DNA of 40,289 nucleotides from a virus (Duplodnaviria > Caudoviricetes), in IMG/VR virus record IMGVR_UViG_3300005325_000002, positions 1 through 40,289 of that record; one strand, 5' to 3'. The position numbers were made by a program, and so were the translations under genes. Positions 15,403-25,032 of this stretch are shown in pieces. A model generated the notes under the pieces. The model ran no database searches. It was not told where the DNA came from and was given only the letters and a program-made list of their open reading frames with translations. The first letter of the stretch is position 1. Each line of letters starts with the position of its first letter.

Positions 15403-16725
15403 TCAATCTGCTGCCCCCCCATCTGTGCTGGCCGCTGTCTCGGAATAAACCGACCACGTATCGTCAGCGGTACACATCAACGTGACTTTCGTCCCGGCTG
15501 TTGCCGCCATGTCGAGTTCGTTGTTTGCCGTCAAAGCGGTACCAGCAAACAGATTAAAATGATCCCCAGAAGCAGGGACGACTTCAATCTTTTCCGCATC
15601 TCTTGCCCACAGCAAAACAAAATCCCCGACATTAGCCGTTTCACAGTCCCACATCGTCACTTCATCCGCAGTCGTCATCTGCACAATGCTGGCATTGTGG
15701 TCGGCTGCGGTCAGGGTTTGAGCGGCTGTGTAAGAGTTGAAAACCATCTTCCCTTGGATCGTTCCGGATGTTTCGTAGTTGCCCGTTGCTGGGGGGATCG
15801 CTGCCCATGAAGTAAGGTCAGCATCATACGCTTGATAGGTATCAGCCGTTACGCTGATTACGCCAGCGGTTATATCTATGCCCGTTCCTTCGGTGATTTC
15901 GACAGCGTTATCAAGTTCCGTGGCTATGGTTTGGATCGCAGATTTGTGTGTGGTTTGCCCTGAGAGCAAAGTCCCAGTCCACGAATCCTTGACTACGACG
16001 CCGACCTGTTGGAGTGCAGCTTCTACATTGTCCGTGGTATAGAAAGTGCCAGCATCTGTAATCGCTACCTCGGATGCGGTTTGATCGTCAGTTCCCGTTC
16101 CAGCCAGATTATCAACTGCATCTGCAATTTCTTGAAGTGTATTATCAGTAGTCGCTAAATTCCCATTAAATCCGGATGCGTCAACGGTAAGGCTTGCACC
16201 GCTTCCTGTTGGAGTGAGGTAAGTATCCGTGGCAACAAACCCCATCTGCCCATACTCATCCATATTCATTAAATAAGTAATCCCTGCACCCGGAGGAGCT
16301 GCGATTGGAAGTCGCCAAGATCGGTTTGCCGCCGGAGTCCCGCCTTGAAGTGCGGTCCAATAAGAACCGGTTCCGGCATACAGTTTAATATAATTTCCAC
16401 CATCCGCCGACCCATCCAAACACGGCCCTGCGGTACAATCCCCAACAAGCAGACTCGACGCCGCAATACTCGTCCCCCAAGCACTTCCAGTCGATACCGG
16501 AACTCCTGCATCTGGCCAAGTAAAAAGTCCTGGGGTTGAAGTAGCTACTGTTGTTCCATTCCAAAAATAAAGCACTCCATCATCCGTATCCGTACAGAAT
16601 CCAGCGGTGATTGTACTACAATCCGCTTGATAAACAATCGACGTAGCGTCATCTCCCCAAAGTCCCGCATGAGCTTCCACCGCAAGGAGAATCAAAACCA
16701 AAACTAAAAACTTCATCTTTTTCAT
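15403..16725 (-). CDS. Tail-fibre-like protein with N-terminal signal peptide
   Basis: MKKMKFLVLVLILLAVEAHA leader; fibre-type segments (DAGTFYTTDNVEAALQQV, YQAYDADLT); TGATG coupling at 16725. Confidence 0.62.
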   Translation of the reverse strand: MKKMKFLVLVLILLAVEAHAGLWGDDATSIVYQADCSTITAGFCTDTDDGVLYFWNGTTVATSTPGLFTWPDAGVPVSTGSAWGTSIAASSLLVGDCTAGPCLDGSADGGNYIKLYAGTGSYWTALQGGTPAANRSWRLPIAAPPGAGITYLMNMDEYGQMGFVATDTYLTPTGSGASLTVDASGFNGNLATTDNTLQEIADAVDNLAGTGTDDQTASEVAITDAGTFYTTDNVEAALQQVGVVVKDSWTGTLLSGQTTHKSAIQTIATELDNAVEITEGTGIDITAGVISVTADTYQAYDADLTSWAAIPPATGNYETSGTIQGKMVFNSYTAAQTLTAADHNASIVQMTTADEVTMWDCETANVGDFVLLWARDAEKIEVVPASGDHFNLFAGTALTANNELDMAATAGTKVTLMCTADDTWSVYSETAASTDGGAAD

Positions 16726-17012
16726 CAGCATACCCCGCAAGTAGATGTTGTCCCGCTTCCGGCGGTACGTTGGAATTTTATAGAAACAACACCGCTATTT
16801 AGTGTATCATAATCCGCCGCCGTGACAGAACCTTTCGCCCATGCAATATAATTTGTTCCGTCAAAGGAAATACTAACAGCAACCGTATCCCCAGAAGCCG
16901 GTCTTGCCCATACCGTCGCCGGAAGTGGAGCGCCAACCATATTAAAAATCTGCGCATCTCCGTTTGTTAGGGTTGTCTGAACAAAACTTCCTGTCATTCT
17001 ATTTGCAGTCAT
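16725..17012 (-). CDS. Small beta-rich virion-type protein
   Basis: 95 aa; coupled to both neighbours in the late operon. Confidence 0.6.
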   Translation of the reverse strand: MTANRMTGSFVQTTLTNGDAQIFNMVGAPLPATVWARPASGDTVAVSISFDGTNYIAWAKGSVTAADYDTLNSGVVSIKFQRTAGSGTTSTCGVC

Positions 17013-17181
17013 TACTCTTCTCCTTCGTGAAGATTGCGATTAAACCCGCTGAAGCAATTCCAAACAGTGCAATTCCTTCAGCTTGTTCTTGTGTTAGTTG
17101 TATTCCAAAGACAGTTAAAAATGCTGTAAGCCCATACCAAGTTGACTTTTCTTTCGCTCTTGCAATTATGTATTCTTTCAT
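16999..17181 (-). CDS. Holin-like small membrane protein (two TM segments)
   Basis: RAKEKSTWYGL plus two hydrophobic helices; GAGGGG RBS before ATG 17181. Confidence 0.55.
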   Translation of the reverse strand: MKEYIIARAKEKSTWYGLTAFLTVFGIQLTQEQAEGIALFGIASAGLIAIFTKEKSNDCK

Positions 17182-17185
17182 CCCC

Positions 17186-17395
17186 TCACCAACCTTTTCC
17201 ATTTGAATTACCTTCCTCTGCATGAATAGCTGAACACCGCCCTTCGATTCGGGCAACCTTTTCCGCGAGAACTTTCTGCTCCCGTTGAACATCCTTCAAA
17301 GATTGCAGCGTCTCGCGGAGAAAAAATGCTGTGACAGAAAGTAAGATTGTAATGACTCCAATGAATAAGTTTGAAAGTGATACATCGAAGCTCAT
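17186..17395 (-). CDS. Membrane-anchored coiled-coil protein (holin/lysis-accessory-like)
   Basis: N-terminal TM segment followed by a heptad pattern. Confidence 0.5.
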   Translation of the reverse strand: MSFDVSLSNLFIGVITILLSVTAFFLRETLQSLKDVQREQKVLAEKVARIEGRCSAIHAEEGNSNGKGW

Positions 17396-17408
17396 AATCT
17401 TGGTTCCT

Positions 17409-17639
17409 TTAAGCTGAGGGTAGTTTTTGTCCGGCAACCTTTTCCATACTTTTTAATGTATGGTAATACCTTTCTTTTGAGAATACAATCACAGCATTTA
17501 AGGGGAGGCGAATATAACTTTGATCCTCGAGGACAAGGAATTGAAAGTTATCTTCAATTCCATCTCCGATGACTTTATCAAACTTCATCCATCCCCAGGT
17601 TCCTGGAATTTTAACCTTCGCAGAATAGGTATCCATCAT
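17409..17639 (-). CDS. Hypothetical protein
   Basis: ATGA coupling to the tail fibre stop; GAAGGTG RBS. Confidence 0.6.
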   Translation of the reverse strand: MMDTYSAKVKIPGTWGWMKFDKVIGDGIEDNFQFLVLEDQSYIRLPLNAVIVFSKERYYHTLKSMEKVAGQKLPSA

Positions 17640-18478
17640 TTCACCTTCATTATATACAAACAAGATAAGAATGTGGGACGATTTTCCGTGGCGGAAGGTG
17701 TTCCGGAAGTAGTACTCGGCGGATCGACTGTATGTAAATGCGAATTACCACCTCCGGTTTGGTTTGTCTGCGGAGCTTGAACTAGATTACCATCATATGC
17801 ATAAAATCCTGTTGATCCATCATTCCTTGTCATAAGGGCAAGGTTTATTGTATGCGCATGTGGAGGAATTTGGTCAATACTTAAGGTTGTAGAACCTGAA
17901 CTAAAAGATGTTATATCGACAGTATGAGTATGGCTATCAGTGTTTATGCCGCCGAGTGTTCCTCCAGCGGTTGACCCCATGAGGAAGCGGCTGTCCGTAA
18001 GGTTAGGAAGATACCTTCCCGTTCCGTTAAAAATTGGGGAGTCGGCATCATTCAAAGCCGCCCCATCACAAACATACCAACCTGAGGCGTTGAGGTAAGC
18101 GTTCGCGGCGGCAATACTATTCCCAAGAACACTTGTTATCGCCCCATTCGTTCCATTGGAAAAGTACCCACCACACCAAGCAACAATCGCACCGACTGGT
18201 GATCCTGACCCAACCGCCGCCGCGACTGCAGTGGTCATCTGACCAACCGTGGCTAAGTCACTATCTGCCGAACCGTCCGCCGAACCTGTGACTTTAAACC
18301 CACCCATCGCAAGGTTTGCAAGCATGGAAGCCTGCCCATCCCGAAGGATGGTGATAGACAAGGCTGCGGCGATGTTTTCAATGATGGTATTGAAGTCGCT
18401 CGCCAGAATGTCCGTACCTGAGACAGCAGGGTATTCGGGGGAGGGAAGGTTGTAGGTGCCACTTCCATTGAATGACAT
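17636..18478 (-). CDS. Tail fibre protein (N-terminal anchor, collar-like domain, HxH metal-binding motifs)
   Basis: PVGAIVAW, GWYVCDG, LPNLTDSRFLMG, SHTH/PHAH/SHLH, ENRP..LSC.YIMKV. Confidence 0.78.
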   Translation of the reverse strand: MSFNGSGTYNLPSPEYPAVSGTDILASDFNTIIENIAAALSITILRDGQASMLANLAMGGFKVTGSADGSADSDLATVGQMTTAVAAAVGSGSPVGAIVAWCGGYFSNGTNGAITSVLGNSIAAANAYLNASGWYVCDGAALNDADSPIFNGTGRYLPNLTDSRFLMGSTAGGTLGGINTDSHTHTVDITSFSSGSTTLSIDQIPPHAHTINLALMTRNDGSTGFYAYDGNLVQAPQTNQTGGGNSHLHTVDPPSTTSGTPSATENRPTFLSCLYIMKVK

Positions 18479-18487
18479 AGTTATTTA

Positions 18488-18513
18488 CTCCTATTAAAAA
18501 TTTTTAATTCACA
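18488..18513. promoter_or_regulatory. 26-bp palindromic site, copy 3 (CTCCTATTAA-aaattt-TTAATTCACA)
   Basis: Matches the motif; on the - strand reads TTAATAGGAGTAAATAA, identical to 3229-3245, and contains the RBS. Confidence 0.65.
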
Positions 18514-18517
18514 CAAA

Positions 18518-20560
18518 TTACTCACCCGCTTGCCCTTCTTCCGCCACCGTCTGGTCATAAGCTGTGGTAAGTATAGCCCGGATTAAGGCTTGCCGAGCTT
18601 TCGGTGTAGGACTCTTTGCAATCGCTTCGATTTGCTTCAATCCATCAGGACTTGTCACAATATCCGCAACTTGATTATAAGCTTTTGCCGTTACTTTCTC
18701 CCATACACTTCGACCTGCACGAGATGCCGTAGCAATTACGAAACTGAGAAGGTTCTCACCCGCTTGTTGTTGTAAGGCCGCCCGATCAACTGACGGCGGA
18801 ATTTTCAAATCTTTAACTGTATCAAGTGCATCGATAGTGCGGAAAAATTCCTTGGAAATAATCCGAGGGTTTAAACCCTGTTCCCGCGCCATAACCCCAA
18901 TCGCGGCTTTGACATTCGCAGTCTGCTCTTTCGTACCGAGCATTGTTTGAAGGACTTTATAGGGTTGTTGAATCTTCTCCACATCATTCGCACGTTTGAA
19001 GGTGGAGCTGACTGACTTCATGATATGCTCGCGGAGAAGTTGTCCGACTGTGTCGCCGCCGAGTTCTTTCGAAACCTTCGCAATTTCGCGAGTCTTGTCT
19101 TGATCTTTTGGGAATAGCCATCCGATTGCAGTTTCTTTTGCTGTGATCTTATCCTGTTTAACACCTCCACCCATGGAAGCGAGTTCACCGACAATACTTC
19201 GTTGAAGGGGATTAGTAGAGTTCTTCCAGTGATTGGAAGCTGCTCGTCTGGCGGCACTATAATCAGCGTCAGTAAAATCTTTTAATGTTGTTGCAATGAT
19301 TTTACTTGGAACATCTCCATAACCTTCCTTCGGAGCAACCTCATTAAAAGATTTAACAATACTATTTAAAGTACCTTTATCCATTGTCTCACCGGGTTGG
19401 AGTTCAGGAAGATACTTATTAACAAATGCTTTGATTTCTAAATCCCCTGGCGAACCTTTCCCAAGTATGTTCGAATCCTCCCCGGCGGCAAGTAAACGAT
19501 TTCGAAGTGTTTCAACCTCAAACATATCATAAGTTTCTTGGTTCACTCCAGGACGAAGGTTGGTGGCATACTTCTGCCTACCAAGTCCTTTCTCAGCCTC
19601 AATCCGTTTTGCTGCGAGTTCTTGGATATCCTGAATCGTCCCCTTCCGCCCTTCCACTCCAACCGGGAAGGTTGTGTTGATAAGTTCATCGAACATCGAG
19701 CGAGCCTTATCAGGGAGATCACGAAGATGCTGCATGAACTTTGGGCGGGCAGCGGGATTTGTAGCCGCCTGAGCCACCACGTCATCCAGCGTAGAACTCG
19801 GCCCAAGAACCTGCGAGGCAAGGTATGGAACACCTTTTTCTTCGAGAACATTTGCGAGTTCCTGTCCTCGTCGCCAGTCTGTCTCTGGAACAAACTCTGT
19901 TGCTTGCTGAATTAATCGTTTTGAGTTCGGAATGAAACTTGTTCCAAGGGCTGTCAAACCGCCACCGAGAAGTCCGCCGCCAACACGACCAAGAACACTG
20001 TTTTCGTCTTGCACAGCCTGTGCACCAAGTTCACTTCCCAATCCCGCTGTGGTTCCAATCGCAGCGTTTCGAACAGGTTGAATCATCCCTCCCGGCCCCG
20101 CCAACGCTCCAATCAACCCTTCAATTGCACTCCCTGCATACTTTCCCGAAGTTGTCTGTGGCTTACTTAATTCCCCGCCGGAAATCTTTAAAAGCCCTTC
20201 CACCATACTTGTTTGCGGCGTCATCGCCTCCGGTCCCGGCGCATCAAGCATCGCATCCATCGGCGGAAGGGATTCTTTCAGCCACTCCCCTGTTGCTGCT
20301 CGATATGCAAGCTTCGGAATCTGTTTCGCTCCAGCAATCCCCAAATCCATCAATGCAGGAGCCGCCATCAGCCCTCCGCGGACACCTTTGTCCAGAACTC
20401 TTCCCACTTCAGGGAGGACTCCTTCGGCAGGAGGGCTGAGGGAAGCGCTTGCCGGCGCTTGAGAAAGATTCGCTTTAATTGCGGAAGCAATTTGTTCGTC
20501 GGTCATTCCGTCAGGAAACTCAACATCCCCATGACCAGGAACTTCAACAATTTGTCCCAT
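18518..20560 (-). CDS. Internal virion / DNA ejection protein (large)
   Basis: Position after the nozzle and smaller core genes; N-terminal VEFPDGMTDEQI; Gly/Ala-rich segment followed by a helical body. Confidence 0.65.
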   Translation of the reverse strand: MGQIVEVPGHGDVEFPDGMTDEQIASAIKANLSQAPASASLSPPAEGVLPEVGRVLDKGVRGGLMAAPALMDLGIAGAKQIPKLAYRAATGEWLKESLPPMDAMLDAPGPEAMTPQTSMVEGLLKISGGELSKPQTTSGKYAGSAIEGLIGALAGPGGMIQPVRNAAIGTTAGLGSELGAQAVQDENSVLGRVGGGLLGGGLTALGTSFIPNSKRLIQQATEFVPETDWRRGQELANVLEEKGVPYLASQVLGPSSTLDDVVAQAATNPAARPKFMQHLRDLPDKARSMFDELINTTFPVGVEGRKGTIQDIQELAAKRIEAEKGLGRQKYATNLRPGVNQETYDMFEVETLRNRLLAAGEDSNILGKGSPGDLEIKAFVNKYLPELQPGETMDKGTLNSIVKSFNEVAPKEGYGDVPSKIIATTLKDFTDADYSAARRAASNHWKNSTNPLQRSIVGELASMGGGVKQDKITAKETAIGWLFPKDQDKTREIAKVSKELGGDTVGQLLREHIMKSVSSTFKRANDVEKIQQPYKVLQTMLGTKEQTANVKAAIGVMAREQGLNPRIISKEFFRTIDALDTVKDLKIPPSVDRAALQQQAGENLLSFVIATASRAGRSVWEKVTAKAYNQVADIVTSPDGLKQIEAIAKSPTPKARQALIRAILTTAYDQTVAEEGQAGE

Positions 20561-21798
20561 TATTCAATCCTCCCGGTTGCGGGATTGTACTTCTTCTTTT
20601 TCGTGCCTTGGGTTGGGGCAGGTGTATAACCTTCCGTCGGGAAAGGTAATTCTGATGGTGTGATATCAAGAAGATTACTTGCTTCCGGATATGCCTGCTT
20701 AATCTTTGCTTGAACCGCATCAGCATATTTCGAATCATATTCAGCATTTTGCCGCATTTCCCCAATAATCTGTGCTCGGCCTTGTGGGGAGCTAATGAGT
20801 TGCGGAAATTGTTTCATGAAAGCTTCGCGATCTGCATCCGTCATACTCCGACCAACACCTGCACCTGCCGTGAGAACTTCAGCAACCCGTCGTCCAAGCT
20901 CCGCTTGATAGGTTTCACTGGAAGCAAGTTTGTTCGTATCCACAGGTATTCCGAAGGTGTTTGCAAAACTTGAAAGTGTAGTTGCAATATTTGCAGTCGG
21001 ACCGGAGAACACCCCTTGACTGTCGAGGTTTTCAAGTTTATCAGCAGTAAGACGATTCTGTTGAGCAGCTTTCTTTCTCGCATTTGCCTCTGCAACAGCT
21101 TTCGCGCTCGCCTCTCCGATACCTTCCATGAACTTACCTTCACCCTTGATAATAGGACTGACAGAAACGTTTGTAGTAACCTTTGGCGCATTATCAAGCT
21201 TTTTCAAGCCCGCTCCGGTTTGCTGGTAGAGATCACCGCCAATTTTAACAGTCTTCCAGCCAGGGCCAGATTGTCCATCAACAACCCCTGGAAGTCCGCC
21301 ATCACCTGTTACCGCAGAAGGTTTGAGGTTAAGGGTTTCAAGGGTATTTTTATCATACAAGATTCCGTTGATTTCACCAACCGCCCTTTCACCTTTCTTT
21401 GCTTGCGCCTCCAACTGCGCCATCGCAAGCCCTCGCATAACCGGATGTTCAGAAGCCAAGGCATCCAAGAGTGCTTTCTTCTGATCCGTCTGTGAGGCTT
21501 CCCAGTACTTTCCAAGATCACCTTGCAGCATCTCATTCCCTTGCCTTTGAAACTCACTCTTCTTCTCTCCAAGTTCTTCATTCCGTTTATTTAAAAGCAG
21601 CGCTTGAAGAAGTTGAGCAGTTCCTTGAAGTGGGTCGAGCTTCGCCGCGACGGTGAAGTTTCCGGATCTACCTTCTGCAGGAAGTTCCGTTGGCATGAGT
21701 GTGCGATTTTGAAGAGCATCGAGAATTTTTTGCTGGCGAACCAGATCTTCGTTTTGAGCATCGAATGATGTTGTGGGAAACATTTTTGCTTGTGCCAT
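20560..21798 (-). CDS. Internal virion / DNA ejection protein
   Basis: Gln/Ala-rich helical sequence; C-terminal KYNPATGRIE; synteny. Confidence 0.62.
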   Translation of the reverse strand: MAQAKMFPTTSFDAQNEDLVRQQKILDALQNRTLMPTELPAEGRSGNFTVAAKLDPLQGTAQLLQALLLNKRNEELGEKKSEFQRQGNEMLQGDLGKYWEASQTDQKKALLDALASEHPVMRGLAMAQLEAQAKKGERAVGEINGILYDKNTLETLNLKPSAVTGDGGLPGVVDGQSGPGWKTVKIGGDLYQQTGAGLKKLDNAPKVTTNVSVSPIIKGEGKFMEGIGEASAKAVAEANARKKAAQQNRLTADKLENLDSQGVFSGPTANIATTLSSFANTFGIPVDTNKLASSETYQAELGRRVAEVLTAGAGVGRSMTDADREAFMKQFPQLISSPQGRAQIIGEMRQNAEYDSKYADAVQAKIKQAYPEASNLLDITPSELPFPTEGYTPAPTQGTKKKKYNPATGRIE

Positions 21799-21810
21799 AT
21801 CTTTACCTCT

Positions 21811-22875
21811 TTATCGAATACTTCCAAGTGTTTGACCGCCGCCCGAAACATACGGACTGACTGGCGTGGTTCCACCGCCAAACAATCCGCCGGTCGAGCC
21901 AAACCCACCGCCGCCCTGAAGATAAGCACTTCCAAGCCCAAACAGTCCCTGCATGAGAGAATTATCGGAATTTGTCGCGGCATTTTGTCGAGCTTGATTC
22001 GCTTGATACTCATTCCAATAATTAGATGAAGTTGGTGTGTTTGCGACGTTTGTGGAAGTGTTGGTGGCTTGGAACTGCGGATTGGTAACTTGACCACCTT
22101 CCATAAGAGCTGCCAGTTCGTTCAAAAGTTGGTTTCGCTTAGTGTATTGCTCGCTTAACTGATTCTGCCTATCCCCCCATTGGAGAGCGTTTTGACGGGA
22201 TTCCTCAGCTCCACCCGCGGTAATCGCCGAATCCATGGCGGTTTGATAAGCATCGTTTCGGTCAAATGAAAGGTTCTGAGCCTCCCGATCCCAAGCTTCC
22301 GTTCCTATATTAATCCCTTGATTCACAAGTTTGCTTTCTAAATCCCCCTGCCGCTGAGAGAACTGTGGATCGAGACGACTTGTCATGCGTGAGTATAGAG
22401 CATCTTCCACACGCTTGCGAGTATCCCCACTCGAATCCGGCATCGCTGTAATAGGCTCAACAATAGGTGTACCGACAGTGTTGTTTAATTGATTACTGAC
22501 ATTTGCGCCAAGATAAGCGCTGTTTGTCCTGTTTCTAACAAGTTGATCGTAGATTACTTTCTGTTCGGGAGAAAGGGTTACGGTGGAGTTCCAAATGTCG
22601 GGATTGGAAGCGTCCTGATTCCAGACAAGGTTTCCGTAAGGTGTGGTTTGATTGTAGCGATTTAAACGAGCATTCAGGCGGGCAGTTTCCGCGGAGGATG
22701 CAGCATCGGTACTGTTAATTGAACCGGCGGAAGGGATTGAATTTCCGGCACTATCTTTCTTACTCATCTGAGAAGCCAAGGCTCCTCCGGCGGCTCCGGC
22801 GATAGCGACACCAGTAGCACCAGCACCAAGTGCACTTGCTCCGGCCATAGCGGCGACAGGAATTGCAGCGGGCAT
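21811..22875 (-). CDS. Internal virion / DNA ejection (pilot) protein
   Basis: Gly/Ala-rich hydrophobic N-terminus; NQTTPYG; Gln/Asn-rich; Gly-rich C-terminus. Confidence 0.62.
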   Translation of the reverse strand: MPAAIPVAAMAGASALGAGATGVAIAGAAGGALASQMSKKDSAGNSIPSAGSINSTDAASSAETARLNARLNRYNQTTPYGNLVWNQDASNPDIWNSTVTLSPEQKVIYDQLVRNRTNSAYLGANVSNQLNNTVGTPIVEPITAMPDSSGDTRKRVEDALYSRMTSRLDPQFSQRQGDLESKLVNQGINIGTEAWDREAQNLSFDRNDAYQTAMDSAITAGGAEESRQNALQWGDRQNQLSEQYTKRNQLLNELAALMEGGQVTNPQFQATNTSTNVANTPTSSNYWNEYQANQARQNAATNSDNSLMQGLFGLGSAYLQGGGGFGSTGGLFGGGTTPVSPYVSGGGQTLGSIR

Positions 22876-22877
22876 AA

Positions 22878-23354
22878 TTAAACCTCAGTTGTATTTCGTT
22901 TCATTTGAAAGAAGTGCATGTCAAGTAACTCATCCCCTTCTTTCCAATAGTTAGAGAATGTGCCGCAATGTTCGAAGCCGACATTCTGAGTCATTTTTAA
23001 AGCAAGGCGATTTCGACTTGAAACCATGGTTGTTAGGGTTAGAAGCCAAGAAAAAGTCTCAAAAACATATTCCCGGAACTTCGCACAAATCTCGTCCGTC
23101 CGCCCGAAGGCCGGTTTAAGAAAGCATGTATGAACCTCGGCGGAACACTCCCCTTTTCGTTGAAGCATATACATTCCGACACAAGAACCTTCGAGCTGAA
23201 TACCGATAAGTTCGATCAAAGGGGAAGCAATTAACAACCTTCCACAACCATGGGATATAAATTGACGGAGGAAGTCATCCCCGGAATGTTTAAAAACATG
23301 CGGTTGCATGAGGATATATTCAACCTTCTCTGGACATGTTAAAGAATAGAACAT
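22878..23354 (-). CDS. GNAT-fold acetyltransferase-like protein (podovirus core-assembly position)
   Basis: EVHTCF, N..AL.M...VGF...G GNAT motif; lies between the nozzle and ejection genes. Confidence 0.6.
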   Translation of the reverse strand: MFYSLTCPEKVEYILMQPHVFKHSGDDFLRQFISHGCGRLLIASPLIELIGIQLEGSCVGMYMLQRKGECSAEVHTCFLKPAFGRTDEICAKFREYVFETFSWLLTLTTMVSSRNRLALKMTQNVGFEHCGTFSNYWKEGDELLDMHFFQMKRNTTEV

Positions 23355-23368
23355 GGCAAATTTTCCTT

Positions 23369-23416
23369 AAAGAAAAAGCCCTCTGGCAGGAAACTTCTAC
23401 CCCCGCCGGAGGGCTT
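23369..23416 (-). terminator. Rho-independent terminator
   Basis: AAGCCCTCCGGCGG / CCTGCCAGAGGGCTT stem then TTTCTTT on the - strand. Confidence 0.7.
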
Positions 23417-23442
23417 ACACAAAGAGAAACAACCGGAAAATC

Positions 23443-25032
23443 TTACAACAATCCGCTCGCCGGAACGATGATCAGATCCGTTGCGATCCATTTCATGTTA
23501 ATGTTCTTAGTTGAGAATTTCAACCGTAAAGATAAAGTGCTTCCGGGATAGTGATTCACCGACCGCCAAGAGTTGGTGAGAAAATCTCCAGCCCATTTTG
23601 CAGCATCCCAATGTGCTGTATCCCACAAAGCTGCATCAGTATCTGCTTGGCTAGAAACACTAACTGCGCCGCCGCTTTCATAATCAGTATCAATTCCAAT
23701 ACCGATTGCAAGATTCGAACCGCCACGAGTTACGAGCTTGAGAAGGCTGATTTGTGTGTTTGAGTTTCGAAATAAGCGATTGTAAGCTGTTTTAACTTCA
23801 ACCTCAATTCCCGCTTCATTATCCGCATACCCATCCCAAGCTTTATTAACATACCGACCGAAGGCGAAATAAAGATTACCACCAAACTCACACCAAGCAG
23901 AGGCATTTTGTCCCTTGAATCGTGACCAGGCTCCAGTGCGGGTGTTCATTACAAATTGATAAGAATAGGTGACCGCCAAACCGGAATCATACTTAATCGG
24001 AACATTAACAAGAAGCATGTCCATGGATGGAAAGAGTGTGGTACTCCACCCAAAGAGTCCCTTATAATATTCCATATAAAATTTCCAGGCTTCAGAGATC
24101 TTATCGCTAACAGCAACGGTACGATTTACGCTGGAGGAGATGAGACCTTTTGATAACGGAAACAGACCAGCTTCGGTGATGATATAAACATCCCCGCCAA
24201 CACGGCAAAAGCAATTCCGGCCAACCGGCTTAGCAAACTGAAAAACCCCGATCAAAGCAAACGTAGCGGCGGAAGCCGGATCTGTACCCTTATAAACAGC
24301 AATTTCACCTTGAGACGTTATCGTTACGAGATAGTCGTCGGAACCTTCACCAGCGTCGATTGTCCAGGAAGTTTGCGCGACGATATATCCGCCGCGAGAG
24401 AAGACTGCCCCGAGGGGAAACTCCGTCGCCGTGCCTGCGATCGCATTCAAAGGAAGATAATAGAAAGAAAGAGAGTTCTTTTTAACAAGCAGGATTCGAT
24501 TTTTGAAAATCGAACAGTTGATAACATCCGTGGAAGTGATACCAGTGATTGCGGGGGTTGAAGTTCCGTCCAAACTCACCCACGCCGTTCCATTGTACAG
24601 TAAACACTTATCAGTGCCATTACACGCCCAAAGGAAACTTCCGCCCGGCGTGGTCATGTTGACGGAATGCCAGTCACCGTTCGTACTCGCCACCGCAGCA
24701 TCGGCGTCGAGAAGTGTGTCCTCAACAGTCACGTCAAAAATCCCTTCCCCATTCGCCGCGAAGAGTTTATTTGAACCGCTGGGAGGGAAGTAAGGAAGGA
24801 AGCTTTTGATTTCTGTTTTCGTCGGCGTGGTAGCTTCCGGACAAGTCACAAAAAGATTATAACCTTTCCGTAAGACAACTTCCGTCGGGAGGGGATACAA
24901 GTTATCCATGTAGATCGCGTCATTCGCTTTCATACTGGAAACTTGATCCCGTGCGTTCCACCCTCCAGTAGGAACAGGGAATTGAATGCGCTTTCCGGGT
25001 GTCTCGAAACTTTCCCTTATGTTTTGTTTCAT
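23443..25032 (-). CDS. Tail nozzle / DNA stabilisation protein (P22 gp10-like, beta-propeller)
   Basis: PVPTGGWNARD N-terminus; size; synteny after the adaptor; ATGA coupling gives start 25032. Confidence 0.72.
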   Translation of the reverse strand: MKQNIRESFETPGKRIQFPVPTGGWNARDQVSSMKANDAIYMDNLYPLPTEVVLRKGYNLFVTCPEATTPTKTEIKSFLPYFPPSGSNKLFAANGEGIFDVTVEDTLLDADAAVASTNGDWHSVNMTTPGGSFLWACNGTDKCLLYNGTAWVSLDGTSTPAITGITSTDVINCSIFKNRILLVKKNSLSFYYLPLNAIAGTATEFPLGAVFSRGGYIVAQTSWTIDAGEGSDDYLVTITSQGEIAVYKGTDPASAATFALIGVFQFAKPVGRNCFCRVGGDVYIITEAGLFPLSKGLISSSVNRTVAVSDKISEAWKFYMEYYKGLFGWSTTLFPSMDMLLVNVPIKYDSGLAVTYSYQFVMNTRTGAWSRFKGQNASAWCEFGGNLYFAFGRYVNKAWDGYADNEAGIEVEVKTAYNRLFRNSNTQISLLKLVTRGGSNLAIGIGIDTDYESGGAVSVSSQADTDAALWDTAHWDAAKWAGDFLTNSWRSVNHYPGSTLSLRLKFSTKNINMKWIATDLIIVPASGLL

